A DNA stretch of 64,000 bases from Williopsis jadinii (lineage: Eukaryota): positions 1,426,001 through 1,490,000 of the forward strand of contig AP024667.1 in NCBI GenBank assembly GCA_024346625.1, given 5' to 3'. The translations under genes and the position numbers were made by a program. A model generated the notes under the pieces. It saw only the letters and a list, made by a program, of their open reading frames with translations, had not been told where the DNA came from and made no database searches. Positions 10,976 to 21,848 of the stretch are shown here, piece by piece; within the stretch, counting starts at the first letter, position 1, and every line of letters starts with the position of its first letter.

Positions 10976-11489
10976 TTAAATTAAAATTTTAATTTATTCT
11001 GTGCTCTTCGGGGTTCAGGTATAAGTACTAGGTATTGCAATTCACAATATTATCCGATAGCTCTTCTTTGATTTAATCAAGCAGAATACTGGGATGCGAT
11101 AATAACAATAATATGATCAAATAAATGTATGATTCAATAATATGATATAATATCAATAGTTGTGAGTTTGTCAATATAATAGTCTTAGTGTGTGTGTGTT
11201 CTAAAACAACACTATAAGGAATAGGAAAAGAGTGAAATCTTTTCCATTCAAATGAACAGTCGAGACTGGCGTCTCGTTGTCCAATTGAGGGATTTCTAAC
11301 TAAGAGGACAGTCACGATAATAATGTGCCCATACCATAAATCACGTGCAAATTGGTGGAAGATCACAACTCTTATGAACAAATCGACCACAACTCGCTCC
11401 TGCTTGACCATAACTAGGCCCAAGGCTACATGATATTGCATGGTGCATATTATTGGTAGAGGCAGCAGAGGTGTAAATGCCCAGTGCTC

Positions 11490-11511
11490 AAAATTTTAGC
11501 AGTGCGATGAG
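11490..11511 (+). promoter_or_regulatory. RRPE-like plus PAC element upstream of BCP1
   Basis: AAAATTTT at ~11490 and GCGATGAG at 11504-11511, the usual ribosome-biogenesis promoter pair. Confidence 0.7.
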
Positions 11512-11553
11512 CTGTTTCGACCCATAAATCTATCAGCCGAGGTACAGAAAGCG

Positions 11554-12369
11554 ATGTCAGCAAAGAGAAGAATCGAAGAAGAAGAAGAGTCAGACATTGA
11601 CGTCGACACCACGGATTCAGTGAGTATGCGTGTTTGCTTGTTTTCTGGTATAAATCACTAACGTACAGCACAAAAGGAAAACGAGAGCTCTGATGAAGAA
11701 CAGGACGAGGAGATCGTCAACGTTGATTTTGACTTCTTTGATGTGAACAAGGACGTTGACTTCCATGCTATCAAGAATCTTCTACGTCAATTGCTGGGCG
11801 AAGATAGTAAGAAGATCAACTTGTCTGGGCTTACTGATGTTGTGCTCGATTCTCCAACTACAACGATCAAGACCGACGGTAAGGAGTCGGATCCGTATGC
11901 GTTTTTAGCTCCAATCAGCGTTAAGGACGTCAAATCCAGTGACTATTGGAAGTATATAAACCAAACAGACTTGGGGCTATCCACCCAGCTTGCCAAAGTT
12001 TCGAATAAGAAGGTTGCGCTGTTGATCAATGAGAGATTTATCAACATGCCAATTCAAGTTATACCGGCTCTGTACAAGATTGTGTTGGAGGACGTTGCCA
12101 AGGCAGAAGGTGAACACTATGACTATTACTTGATACCATCCCGGAAGTTCGAGGTCAACGAGGAATCAGAGCAGAACTCCAACAAGAAGGTTAAGACTGT
12201 CGAGGTTGACTACTTCCATGATGAGGATAAGTTCTTGGAGTCAAATGCTCTATATACAAACTCTTTGGAGTCTAAGAAAGGGTTGATTCAATCCTTTATT
12301 CTCATCGGACACGACGAGCTGCTCAAATCCATCGTTGAGCTGGAAGATGCCATTGCAGAGGCCTTCTGA
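11554..12369 (+). CDS. BCP1: 60S export / Mss4 export factor Bcp1; exons 11554-11619 and 11677-12369
   Basis: Donor GTGAGT at 11620, branch CACTAAC, AAG acceptor at 11676 gives ...TDSENE...IVNVDFDFF; TTTIKTDGKESDPY and LINERFINMP motifs. Confidence 0.9.
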
Positions 12370-12398
12370 ATTCAATGACTAAACAATTAATATATATA

Positions 12399-13820
12399 TC
12401 AAACAGACCATGGATCAATGGCAATTACTGAACCCATGTTGGTAGCACCACAGCTGTGAATTTCCCACCTGTACCCGTTGTGGTCAAGCCATATGGTTAT
12501 AGGTTTCGTAGTCTTCTTATACTGAGAGTAATCGGATGTTGAAGGAACAACGATGAAGACAAATTTGGAATCCTTATGACAAGTCCTTTTCACGTCAGTT
12601 AATGACGACCCCAGTTGTTCAATGGCATCGTTGAAATCGTAACCGTGCATTTCAAACCAAACTTCATCATCGTTTGAGTCAGAGTATTTCGCCAATTCGT
12701 CATCTGCTAACTTTAGAGCATCAAAGTATTTTTCCTCCTGCACATTTGCCTTTGTACTGTACTGTTTAGACTTCAATCCGTCGTTAGATTTCCACGATTC
12801 TGTTGATATACGGGCAAATTTCTTCCTCAAATCTTCTGCCTTGGCCGCATTCTTGCGGAAATGGTTATATTTCTCGAACCTGGGGTCGCTAGATTCCCAT
12901 GGTATCGATTTAGGTTTCCTTAGAGGCAACCGTATTAGACTGGCCTTTGAAGTGGACGTCGACGACGGAGAAGACGAAGAAGTTGGTATAAATGATGGTG
13001 TCGTTTCTGGGGAAAATGTCGATGTAGATTTACCTGTTGAGCTTGGAGGAGCAGACAACGAGCCCAAGTTATGTTGGAACAGGCAGTTATCACCAGCTAG
13101 ACAGTTTCCCCTAAGCCAAAAGCTGCAAGTTCTATTCTCAATATCATGACGGAACCGGCAGTCTGATTTTAGACAGTATCCATTCTTGGTGAAGAAGCTG
13201 CAAACAACGTTGACGTTCTTTCCAGCACCAAAGAATGAGCTCTTGTGTTCCGAGTCCACAGTGGACTGCTCCACGCCTGTCTCCCTCTTCAGCTGCGTAA
13301 GGATCAAATTGGCAGCAGAGATGACATCGTATCCTGTGCTCCTCAATGCCTGTTCTATCCTCGCCTTTGTTACGCTATGGTCAAACATCGCAAGCAGCTG
13401 ATCCAATGGCGAGTCGTTGGCCGCTGGCCGTTTCGAGTCTGCGTTACCGTAGAGCTCATCAGAGAGCTGGTTTGTCCTTTGGAGCAGACTCTTATACTCG
13501 CTCTTTGATTCCTCCTCCTCCATCGCCTGCAATTCCAAGCACTGCTTTTGCAGCTGCACTCTCCGCTCAAAGCTCGGAATGTCTATCTTCATTTCACGCT
13601 CTTCCACTTTCACCACCGTGGGCAGCTGTGTCTGTGCCCTCGAGGGATCCTTGTGCCTCCACATGACATCCATGATGGTCTTCTCCAGCTGCTGGGCGCT
13701 CATGTTGGGATATTTAGTCCTCACAATCTCTTCCATCTTGTCCACTTTGTCCTCCTCCAGCAGAGAGTCGTCGTCCAGGATACTGAAGCATTGCACATCC
13801 AACTCCTTAAGCTTCGCCAT
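12399..13820 (-). CDS. CUE-like + 2x CCCH zinc finger + DUF1771/Smr-like domain protein
   Basis: LLAMF...ALRSTGYDVISAANLIL (CUE), two C-x8/7-C-x5/4-C-x3-H fingers, C-terminal FEMHG Smr-like start; first ATG at 13820. Confidence 0.75.
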   Translation of the reverse strand: MAKLKELDVQCFSILDDDSLLEEDKVDKMEEIVRTKYPNMSAQQLEKTIMDVMWRHKDPSRAQTQLPTVVKVEEREMKIDIPSFERRVQLQKQCLELQAMEEEESKSEYKSLLQRTNQLSDELYGNADSKRPAANDSPLDQLLAMFDHSVTKARIEQALRSTGYDVISAANLILTQLKRETGVEQSTVDSEHKSSFFGAGKNVNVVCSFFTKNGYCLKSDCRFRHDIENRTCSFWLRGNCLAGDNCLFQHNLGSLSAPPSSTGKSTSTFSPETTPSFIPTSSSSPSSTSTSKASLIRLPLRKPKSIPWESSDPRFEKYNHFRKNAAKAEDLRKKFARISTESWKSNDGLKSKQYSTKANVQEEKYFDALKLADDELAKYSDSNDDEVWFEMHGYDFNDAIEQLGSSLTDVKRTCHKDSKFVFIVVPSTSDYSQYKKTTKPITIWLDHNGYRWEIHSCGATNMGSVIAIDPWSV

Positions 13821-14365
13821 GGCTGCGATGACTGACAAAGAGAGATCACACCGGTGCCTTTGGCGTTGAAAGTAGTGTAGAGCTTTTCCCGCAAGCACAG
13901 ACCAGGCTTAAAAACACATACACAAGGTTAAAAAAGTAAACAAACCTCCCAATTAGGCAGTTCCCGTAAGAGGAAATAATCGCGGAATGTCCAAATTTGA
14001 AAAACAAAGAAGAAAAAACAACGAAGAAAAAAAAACAACGAAGAAGAAAAAAAACATCACCAAAATTCCGCTTTTCTCCCTCTTCTAAAGAGCTCTAACA
14101 GAGACAAACAACAAAATCAGCGCTTTTGCCCACCAACAAAAATCAACACATCTCCCCCGTTTTGTCGTGGCTTTGTTTATTTTGTTGTGTTTAACTGGGC
14201 GGTAACCGTGGCGGCGTGTGTGTGTTTCCCCGTCCACCTGCTTTCACTCTGGCATTTGTTGTTCTACCGTGTTTTTCTGTGCTGGCGTCTGTTTGTGTTG
14301 TGTGTTTTGACCGTTGCCGCTGTGTTTTGTTTACTCGTTGACGTTGAAACGGTGCCCAATTTACC

Positions 14366-17300
14366 ATGGCGGCAAGCATAGAGACTGTGAGAGTCGAGGC
14401 GGTTGATAAGCGGAAGCAACTGGCCACCGAGATCGTCCGGAGCCGCAAGAGGAAGTTGGCAGAGCTCTACACGCTCTCATCGCTTTCGAAGATATGGACT
14501 GTGCTGGATGATGATCCTTTGACGACGACGAAGGACAGTGTACGAGCGTTTGTGGAGAGCCATGACATAGAGAGTGAATTTGATCCGGCGGAGTTGCCGC
14601 TGTTGCAGTTCGATAGTGGGGATGCCACAGGTGGCTCCCCATCTGCACAGGAGTTGGACAGTACAGAGAAGTCCACAGGTGTCACAACCGCAGCAGCTGA
14701 GACAGCTGGTTCTCACAATACACCGAAGGAACCAGAGATCATCGTTGGAAAGTCGACTGTTCCAACTGATACAAAACAGATCATCGAACCTGCGCCGGTA
14801 CCTAAGGTTGCACCGGTGGTGAAACAACAGGAGCAGTCCATACTTCCACCACCACCGCCTCCTCCTCCACAGATTGTGATACCATCCAAGACAATTGCAT
14901 CTTCAGTGATAAACTCGGAGGAGGCGATCAAGAAGTCATTCAAGAAACACAAGAAGGATCACCCGTTGGAGCTTTTTGACCCTGTAAACAAGGATAATAT
15001 TAACACCTTGATTCTTGTGCTAAAGAACTACCTACCTGCGAAAGTTGCAGAGGTTACACCTTTGGCTGAGTTGTACTATTTGGCTCAGACATTACCACTT
15101 GTCAAATTGATGCCGACGACTCACAAAGTTGTCACCTCATCGATGTACGAAACTGCGTTAACAGAGGGGAAAATCAACGTTGTGCACTCAAGAATCGAGG
15201 AGTTGAAGAGACAGGGGAAATGGAGTTTGAAACAACCGCAGAGGTTTGTGGATCCTCTTTTGAATTCTAAAAAGAGATCGCATTGGGAAAACTTATTATC
15301 AGAGATGAGCTGGATGAGTGTGGATTTCAAAGAGGAGAGAAAGTTCAAAGTTGCAACATGTGCAACTATTGCAAAATCCATACAGGATTATTGGAAGTTT
15401 GGGAAAGTTTGTTGTATAAAGACAAGACCAATTGTTCATATTACAACAGATGAAGAAGATGAGGTCAAGTTGGAGGATTTTATTAATATTGAAGAGTCCA
15501 AAGAAGCAGAATCAGACAGTATGGATGTTGATGACACAGACAATTCAAGACTTTTGGAGAGACCCCAACCTTCTGATGAAATCACACCTGCTGAACTTCC
15601 CGAGTCTACTCTTGAAGAGTATAACAAATATTTGGAAACAGAGGAGCCTAATCCATTTAAATTACAAGTTGATACGAATGATTTCAAAAATTCAGATAAG
15701 ATTTTGTTTGATGGTATACCAACTTTTGGAACGTTTGAGAAGTTCAACGATTGTTATGATAGGGCACCATTGATTCCAGTTTCAAAGGCTCTTTTACCAC
15801 AGGAGGATGAAACTTGGTTTAACTGCTACCTGCAGCAGACAGAGGATAATACTAATAGTGTACCTGATCAACAAAAGGGTTTGTTTGGATTCTCGTCTCG
15901 TAATAGACTGAGTACGATTATTAAACCACCACAACCTCCAAGTTTAAGATATTTGAATTTGAGAACTCCAACGATATGGCTGCCTGAAGATGACCAAAAC
16001 TTGATTGAATACGTTAATCAATTCTCGTTCAATTGGGGAATTGTTTCTGCTCATTTGTCAAAGAGACCTACGAGAAGTTACCAATCAAATATTGAAAGAA
16101 GAACCCCATGGCAATGCTTTGAAAGATACATTCAACTAAACGATGCTTTTCAGATTGGTGATATGAGGGGACACAACTATATGGCTGCCACCAAATGGCT
16201 GGAGCACGCACATCATATCCAGGCTACAACAAAGAGACGTATATCACCACTGGGTGTTGGTGTGGAATCCATTCAAAGAGGTCACAAAAGGCTCCGTTGG
16301 GCTAGTATGTTTGAAGCTATTCGAAAATGTATGAGAAAGAGAGAGAGTGTAACAAGACCAAACTCAAATCATCAAAGAAAGAACATTGATGAGAAAAAGT
16401 TGGTTGCACCAACACCTGCAGAGTTATCGAAGTTGAAATTTGAGAGAGATAAGGCTATCCAGGAAGCTTATATTCCTAACCAACAACGTAGAGTAGTTGC
16501 TGGAAATGATAACAAAGCTGCAGCTGCTCATCCAGTGCAGCAGACTGGTCAGCAAGCTGTCCAAAGAGTTAATAACACCCAAATTCAGGCCAGACCAGCA
16601 CAAGCACAAGTACAACAATCTCAACAAGTACAACAACAGAGACCAAATTCTGTCCCTGCTCAGTCAATTGCTAAACAGCAACAGAATGGGGCTACACAAG
16701 TTCCAGGGTTAAAGAATGTATCTGGAACATCATACACTCCAGAACAGATTCAACAGATTATTCAGATGAGACAAAGAAAATTGGCTAATGGTGTGGCTCA
16801 AGGTTCTCCATCTCCTAATGGTGCACAAGCTCAGCTTGTTAATATTCAACGCTCTAATAGTAACCCCACGCAAGTGGCTAAATCAGCAGCCAGTCTTTCA
16901 AATACAGTTAAGACTGTACCGGTGTCTCGTCAACAAGCTTTTGTTCCGGCTCATGTCTCTGCGATTATTAGTCAAATTCAAGCGCAACATCCAAATTTGT
17001 CAAAGCAAGAAGTGACGAACATGGCTGCACAATATCTCGCCAACTTGCAAGCGAAACAGAACGCCAGAGCTGCTGCTGCCGTTAATACTACGACCACCAG
17101 TACCACCCCAGCAAGCAACACGAACAACACTAACAACTCTGCAAAATTCAATACTAGTGGCTTGGCTGGCCAGAGAAGTTCACAGCATGGCTCACCAGCA
17201 GCACAAAACAAGTCTATTTCTGTCCCTACACCGCAGCAAATTTTGCAACAGCAGCAACAGAGGTTAGCTGCCAGTGCTTCAAATAATGGAACATCACATC

Positions 17301-17491
17301 TTGCCAATGGAGGAAGTGAGGTTTCCTCAACGATAAGTTCTACAAAGTTAACTCCAGAACAGAAGGCACAGCTGGATATGCTAAAGGTGTTGCACGCAGA
17401 ACAGCAACAAAAGCGTCAGCAAGCTAGTATCGACAATGGATCTACAACCAACGCCAATCCTAAGGGTAATGATGCAGGCTTGTCAGGATAG
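14366..17491 (+). CDS. EAF1: NuA4 scaffold Eaf1/Vid21
   Basis: HSA domain (HWENLLSEMSWMSVDFKEERKFK), SANT domain (IWLPEDDQ...RRTPWQCFERY), Q-rich tail. Confidence 0.92.
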   Translation: MAASIETVRVEAVDKRKQLATEIVRSRKRKLAELYTLSSLSKIWTVLDDDPLTTTKDSVRAFVESHDIESEFDPAELPLLQFDSGDATGGSPSAQELDSTEKSTGVTTAAAETAGSHNTPKEPEIIVGKSTVPTDTKQIIEPAPVPKVAPVVKQQEQSILPPPPPPPPQIVIPSKTIASSVINSEEAIKKSFKKHKKDHPLELFDPVNKDNINTLILVLKNYLPAKVAEVTPLAELYYLAQTLPLVKLMPTTHKVVTSSMYETALTEGKINVVHSRIEELKRQGKWSLKQPQRFVDPLLNSKKRSHWENLLSEMSWMSVDFKEERKFKVATCATIAKSIQDYWKFGKVCCIKTRPIVHITTDEEDEVKLEDFINIEESKEAESDSMDVDDTDNSRLLERPQPSDEITPAELPESTLEEYNKYLETEEPNPFKLQVDTNDFKNSDKILFDGIPTFGTFEKFNDCYDRAPLIPVSKALLPQEDETWFNCYLQQTEDNTNSVPDQQKGLFGFSSRNRLSTIIKPPQPPSLRYLNLRTPTIWLPEDDQNLIEYVNQFSFNWGIVSAHLSKRPTRSYQSNIERRTPWQCFERYIQLNDAFQIGDMRGHNYMAATKWLEHAHHIQATTKRRISPLGVGVESIQRGHKRLRWASMFEAIRKCMRKRESVTRPNSNHQRKNIDEKKLVAPTPAELSKLKFERDKAIQEAYIPNQQRRVVAGNDNKAAAAHPVQQTGQQAVQRVNNTQIQARPAQAQVQQSQQVQQQRPNSVPAQSIAKQQQNGATQVPGLKNVSGTSYTPEQIQQIIQMRQRKLANGVAQGSPSPNGAQAQLVNIQRSNSNPTQVAKSAASLSNTVKTVPVSRQQAFVPAHVSAIISQIQAQHPNLSKQEVTNMAAQYLANLQAKQNARAAAAVNTTTTSTTPASNTNNTNNSAKFNTSGLAGQRSSQHGSPAAQNKSISVPTPQQILQQQQQRLAASASNNGTSHLANGGSEVSSTISSTKLTPEQKAQLDMLKVLHAEQQQKRQQASIDNGSTTNANPKGNDAGLSG

Positions 17492-17766
17492 ATCAACCAT
17501 ATTGGGCATTTTTGGCTTTCTTTTTTTCCTCCTCTAACGACTTTTTAATGACAATATCTCCATCTGTAAACAGTATAAAGTGTACAATTCATCATTGTGA
17601 TCAAACAGATATAATGATACATTCACGACAATGATAACATAACGATTTTAATTTCCACTCACCCCATATAAAGAATAGTGGGTTAAAACCAGCAATATAT
17701 AAGAAGCTCCTCCCAGGTCAGTGGCTTTATAACATTAGTGTATATCTAACAAGTTGAGGGGCATCC

Positions 17767-19539
17767 TTAGACTGTTATTGTATAAGTTGCTGTCTCCTCA
17801 ATTGGGGAGCCGTTGATTGAGTAGTTCACCTTCCATTTGATCTTCCATGAAGGAATAGAGCCCTGCTGTGAAGCAATTTTGAAAGATTGGGTCACTGAAT
17901 CTTTACCAAAGCTTGGGATAAAGGAGCCAACTTGAGGATCCAAAGTCAAGGTTAAGGACTTTGGAACTGCGATTAAGAATTGGAAGTTTGTCAGTGGAAT
18001 GGCACCCAAGTTCGTGAAGAAGGCCTTGACAGAGATGAAGTTGTCTGAATGCTTAGAAACGTCGATTTCAAACTTCAAGTGCTGTGACTCGTTGACCACT
18101 GTTCTCTGCTTGAGTGATGGCTGTGGTGGTTGTGGCTGCTGCTGTTGTGGCTGTTGTTGTTGTTGAGGTTGAGAGAATCCACTCAAGAGATCAAATGATG
18201 GAGCAGAGGCTGCAACAGAAGGCGACGAAGTGGAAGGCTGGGACAATTGTGCAAAGATGTCGTAGTTTGGTCCTGAAGATTGTTGTGGGCTTAAAGATTG
18301 TGGTGGTGGTGATGTTGCACCAAGCGAGATATCACCACCGAGTCCGTAATTGGCCTGTGGAGGGTTGTTGAACGATAACGAGTTCAAATCACCCAAGAGG
18401 TCGTCAACAGTGGTACCTTGTTGTTGAGGTGGTGGAGTTGCCGTGGCTGAGTCGTCATCGTCAAAGTCAATCAGGTTCAAGGACTGTTGCACGCCTGAGC
18501 CATTCGAAGCAACCTTGATCTTTGAAGCATTAGTCAAATCGCCAGCCTTCAGCAAGTTGAACTTATCAACAAGCAGGTTCACAGAGTCGTTCAGCTGTAG
18601 CAAGTTTTGCACCGCATCTGGGTCGTCCTGCTCCTCTGTGATGATCTTTTGGATCTTTGGCTGGGCAACTTTCAAAGCACTGAAGAGCTCAACCAATGTC
18701 TCATCGTTAGGATCGAACTGGCCAGAGTTGGTGGACTGCTGAAGCATCTCGCTGAACACATCGGCCTTTCTCTTCAGTCTATCCAAGTCCTCCGCAACTC
18801 TCGCTTTACTCTCCACAATGGTGTCGTCTTTGAACCCAGCCATGATCTTCATCAGCTTGTTGGCCTCTTTCAGGTCCTGAGGTCTACCACGTCTAACCAG
18901 CTCTTGTAGCTTTGCAGATTGAGCCAGCTGTTCCTCTCTTTGAACCTCCTCGATGGACTTCAGATTGTCAGATGGGTTCAACACTGAGGCATCTTCAGGC
19001 TTGACCTCTGGGAAGATGTACCCCTTATAAGTCAGCAGTCTGTGCATGTCTCTGATGAACCCGAGGTCCTCCTTGTGTCTCGAAGTCTTACAGATCGTCT
19101 GGTTCCACTCTTCAATGGCACCGAGGATCATCTTCTGCACTCTGGAGTATCTTGAAGGTGGTCTCTCAGGAAACCTCTTCACCAGTTCGTTCAGGAACTC
19201 CTTTCTGGAGATCTGTAGGTGGAACGGATACCCACAGTTCTTCACCAGCACGTCCAGCAGGGTCAGCGCAAAGATGGCGGTGTGGGTGTCCTTAGAGTTG
19301 ACGAGGTTCACCACAGTCTTAGCAGCTTCACGTGGTGCATTGCCTTGCTTCTCATTGACGTAATCAGCAACCGCAAGGTTCAGCGACAGGTCAGGCTCAG
19401 CAAGCGAGCTTCTACAGGCTCGATCTGTGAGCAATGGTTAGTTCAATGTCTCTGTCTCTGGCAAACTTTCAAGCCATTAGGGGGAAGACGTATACGTACA
19501 GATCTTTCTCACGAGGGATGACGAAGGTGGTGCGGACAT
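17767..19539 (-). CDS. GGA2: GGA clathrin adaptor (VHS-GAT-GAE); exons 19539-19500 and 19424-17767
   Basis: GTACGT donor, AACTAAC branch, CAG acceptor restore MSAPPSSSLVRKIYRAC; VHS motif LVKNCGYPFHLQISRKEFLNELVKRFP. Confidence 0.9.
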
Positions 19540-19958
19540 TTCAACCGGGCAAACAAGACAAACAGTTGGTGGAAAGGTATACGTCTACGCCAGGGAATCA
19601 GACCTTGTATCCAGTTCAGTTCAATCTCGGCTCAATTGACTGATATCGTATGGTGACAACGGCTAAAAGTGAAGAGAATGAGGATCGAAAGCCGACGAGA
19701 AAAGGTGGGTGGCTGGGATTAAAATCCACTATCTCCCCTTTAGTGGTGTGCGGGTGTGCCTGTTTTGGGGGCAGTAGGGATGTCTTTGGGGTTACCCGGC
19801 CTGTGGTGTTGTGGTGTTCGGGTGTACAAATATTGGTGTGCGGGTGTACATGGTCTTGGGGAAGGCCACCGTACGTTTGCATAATCGTGTAACAACAGCT
19901 CACTCAGAGGTGGTGGCCAAGGGGCCGTTTGCCGTTGGACAAGGCGAAGGCTGTTGCA

Positions 19959-20297
19959 ATGGACGATACCACTGTTTCACGCTCGTCATCCGAGTCCGAG
20001 TCCGAGGAGCTCCAGCTGACAGACCCACTCGGCATCAAACAGCTCTCGCTGACGTTTGACTATCTGATGTACAAGATCAAAGACCGTGTCGATGGCATTG
20101 GCGAAGAGTGCCAACGGTACGTGGAGGTACAGGAGCAACAGGTTGACGAGCAGTTGGAGGCCGTGCAACTGGCGATCGACTCGCTGAAGAGGGTCATCGG
20201 CCAGTGCGACGAGATCGCAGCGGAGTTCCAGATGGTTGAGCAGATAGCGCTGATAGTACGGGACTTCACCGATAGGCTGGACAAGCTGGACATTTGA
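19959..20297 (+). CDS. CNL1: BLOC-1 subunit Cnl1
   Basis: DPLGIKQLSLTFDYLMYKIKD followed by coiled coil; first ATG at 19959. Confidence 0.8.
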   Translation: MDDTTVSRSSSESESEELQLTDPLGIKQLSLTFDYLMYKIKDRVDGIGEECQRYVEVQEQQVDEQLEAVQLAIDSLKRVIGQCDEIAAEFQMVEQIALIVRDFTDRLDKLDI

Positions 20298-20556
20298 CCG
20301 TTATACGGTAATAGTTATATGATTATTATAGATGCGTGCTTTAATTATTATATAATCTGCGTTTCCAACTATAGAGGCACAGGAACCACGGCACTTCCGC
20401 TTTCGGTAAGCTTTCCCCATTAGGAAACCATTCCTCGATCAAACGCGACATTTTCGCCAAAATTTCACGAAATTCTACCCTTTTTAAGGCTTCGTGTTTC
20501 TCTTTCACAAGGTTACAGCATTGAGCCAGTATCAACCAACCGAGAATAGCAGTAAA

Positions 20557-21781
20557 ATGACCGTGTCAGAGCCAATTGGAATCTCTTCGCTTCCTAACCA
20601 AAGGTGAGTGTGCTTTGCTGAGCTGTTTCTCAGGCCTTACCCCCCGTGTGCGGGTGTCTTGATGTTTATATCGCTAACTGTTACTGTGAAGGTATAAGAT
20701 TGTATCTAAGCAAGGTGGGCATTTCACGTTGATGGTTGCCGGTGAGAGCGGTGTTGGTAAGACTACGTTCATCAACACGCTGTTCCAGACGCTCTTGAAG
20801 CAGCCTGTGGACAACAAGAACCGTCACAAGAAGGCGCTGAACAAGACCACGGAGATCGACATTGTCCGTGCGGAGCTGGAGGAGAAGAACTTCAAGCTCA
20901 GGGTGAACTTGATCGACACGCCTGGGTTCGGAGACAACATCAACAACAGGGCCACATGGCAGCCGATCGTGGACTTCATAGATGACCAGCACGAGTCGTT
21001 CATGAGACAGGAGCAGCAGCCAAACCGTGACTCCAAGCACGACTTGAGGGTACACGCTTGCCTGTACTTTATCAGACCTACGGGACACTCTTTGAAGCCG
21101 TTGGACATCGAGACGATGAAGAAACTGGGAACCAGGGTGAATCTGATCCCAATCATTGCAAAGGCTGACACGCTGTCGCCAAGTGAACTGAGTGGGTTCA
21201 AGAACAGAATCCGTTCTGTCATTGAGGCCCAGGAGATTAGAATCTATACGCCTCCTATCGAGCTGGATGACCAGGCTGCTGCTGACCATTCAAAGGCGTT
21301 GATTGAGAGCATGCCTTTTGCCATCATCTGTTCAGAGTACGAGTACGATAACGGCAACGGCGAACTGATCCGTGCCAGAAAGTATCCATGGGGGCTCGCA
21401 GAGGTGGAGAATGAACAGTACTCCGACTTTAGAAAGCTGAGATCGTTGCTGCTGAGAACAAACCTGCTAGATCTCATCCAATCGACAGAGACTCTGCACT
21501 ACGAGGCCTTTAGAACCCTCAAGATGTCGTCCAGCGAATCCAGTTCAGGCAACGACTCTATCGGGTACAGAAAGTACCAAAACCCAAAGTTCAAAGAAGA
21601 AGAGAATGCGCTCAAGAAGTTCTTCACAGACCAGGTCAAGGCTGAAGAGCAGAGATTCAGACAGTGGGAGCAGAACATCGTCAACGAGAGAAACAGATTG
21701 AACGAAGACTTGGATGAAATTCAGCAGAAAGTCAAGCAGTTGGATGAGGAAGTTAGACAACTACAATTGAGGAAGAAGTGA
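20557..21781 (+). CDS. CDC12: Septin Cdc12; exons 20557-20603 and 20692-21781
   Basis: Spliced N-terminus IGISSLPNQRYKIV, P-loop GESGVGKT, C-terminal EEENALKKFFTDQVKAEEQRFRQWEQ. Confidence 0.92.
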
Positions 21782-21848
21782 TGATTAACTCTTTCAGTTT
21801 ATAACTATATATATCAAAGAAATTCGACACTGGGCTATTTGTTTACGT

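Larger units (their letters stand above)
8050..11000 (-). mobile_element. Ty3/Gypsy-like retroelement unit containing only gag and protease
   Basis: Gag-like ORF overlaps a retropepsin ORF in the +1 frame. No RT/IN coding follows the stop at 8050 and no direct LTR pair was found. Confidence 0.75.

Noticed and set aside
11009..11017. CGGGGTTCA match between the element leader and tRNA-Asp as a possible primer-binding site
   Set aside because: Only 9 nt, internal T-arm rather than the tRNA 3' end, and not adjacent to a defined LTR end.
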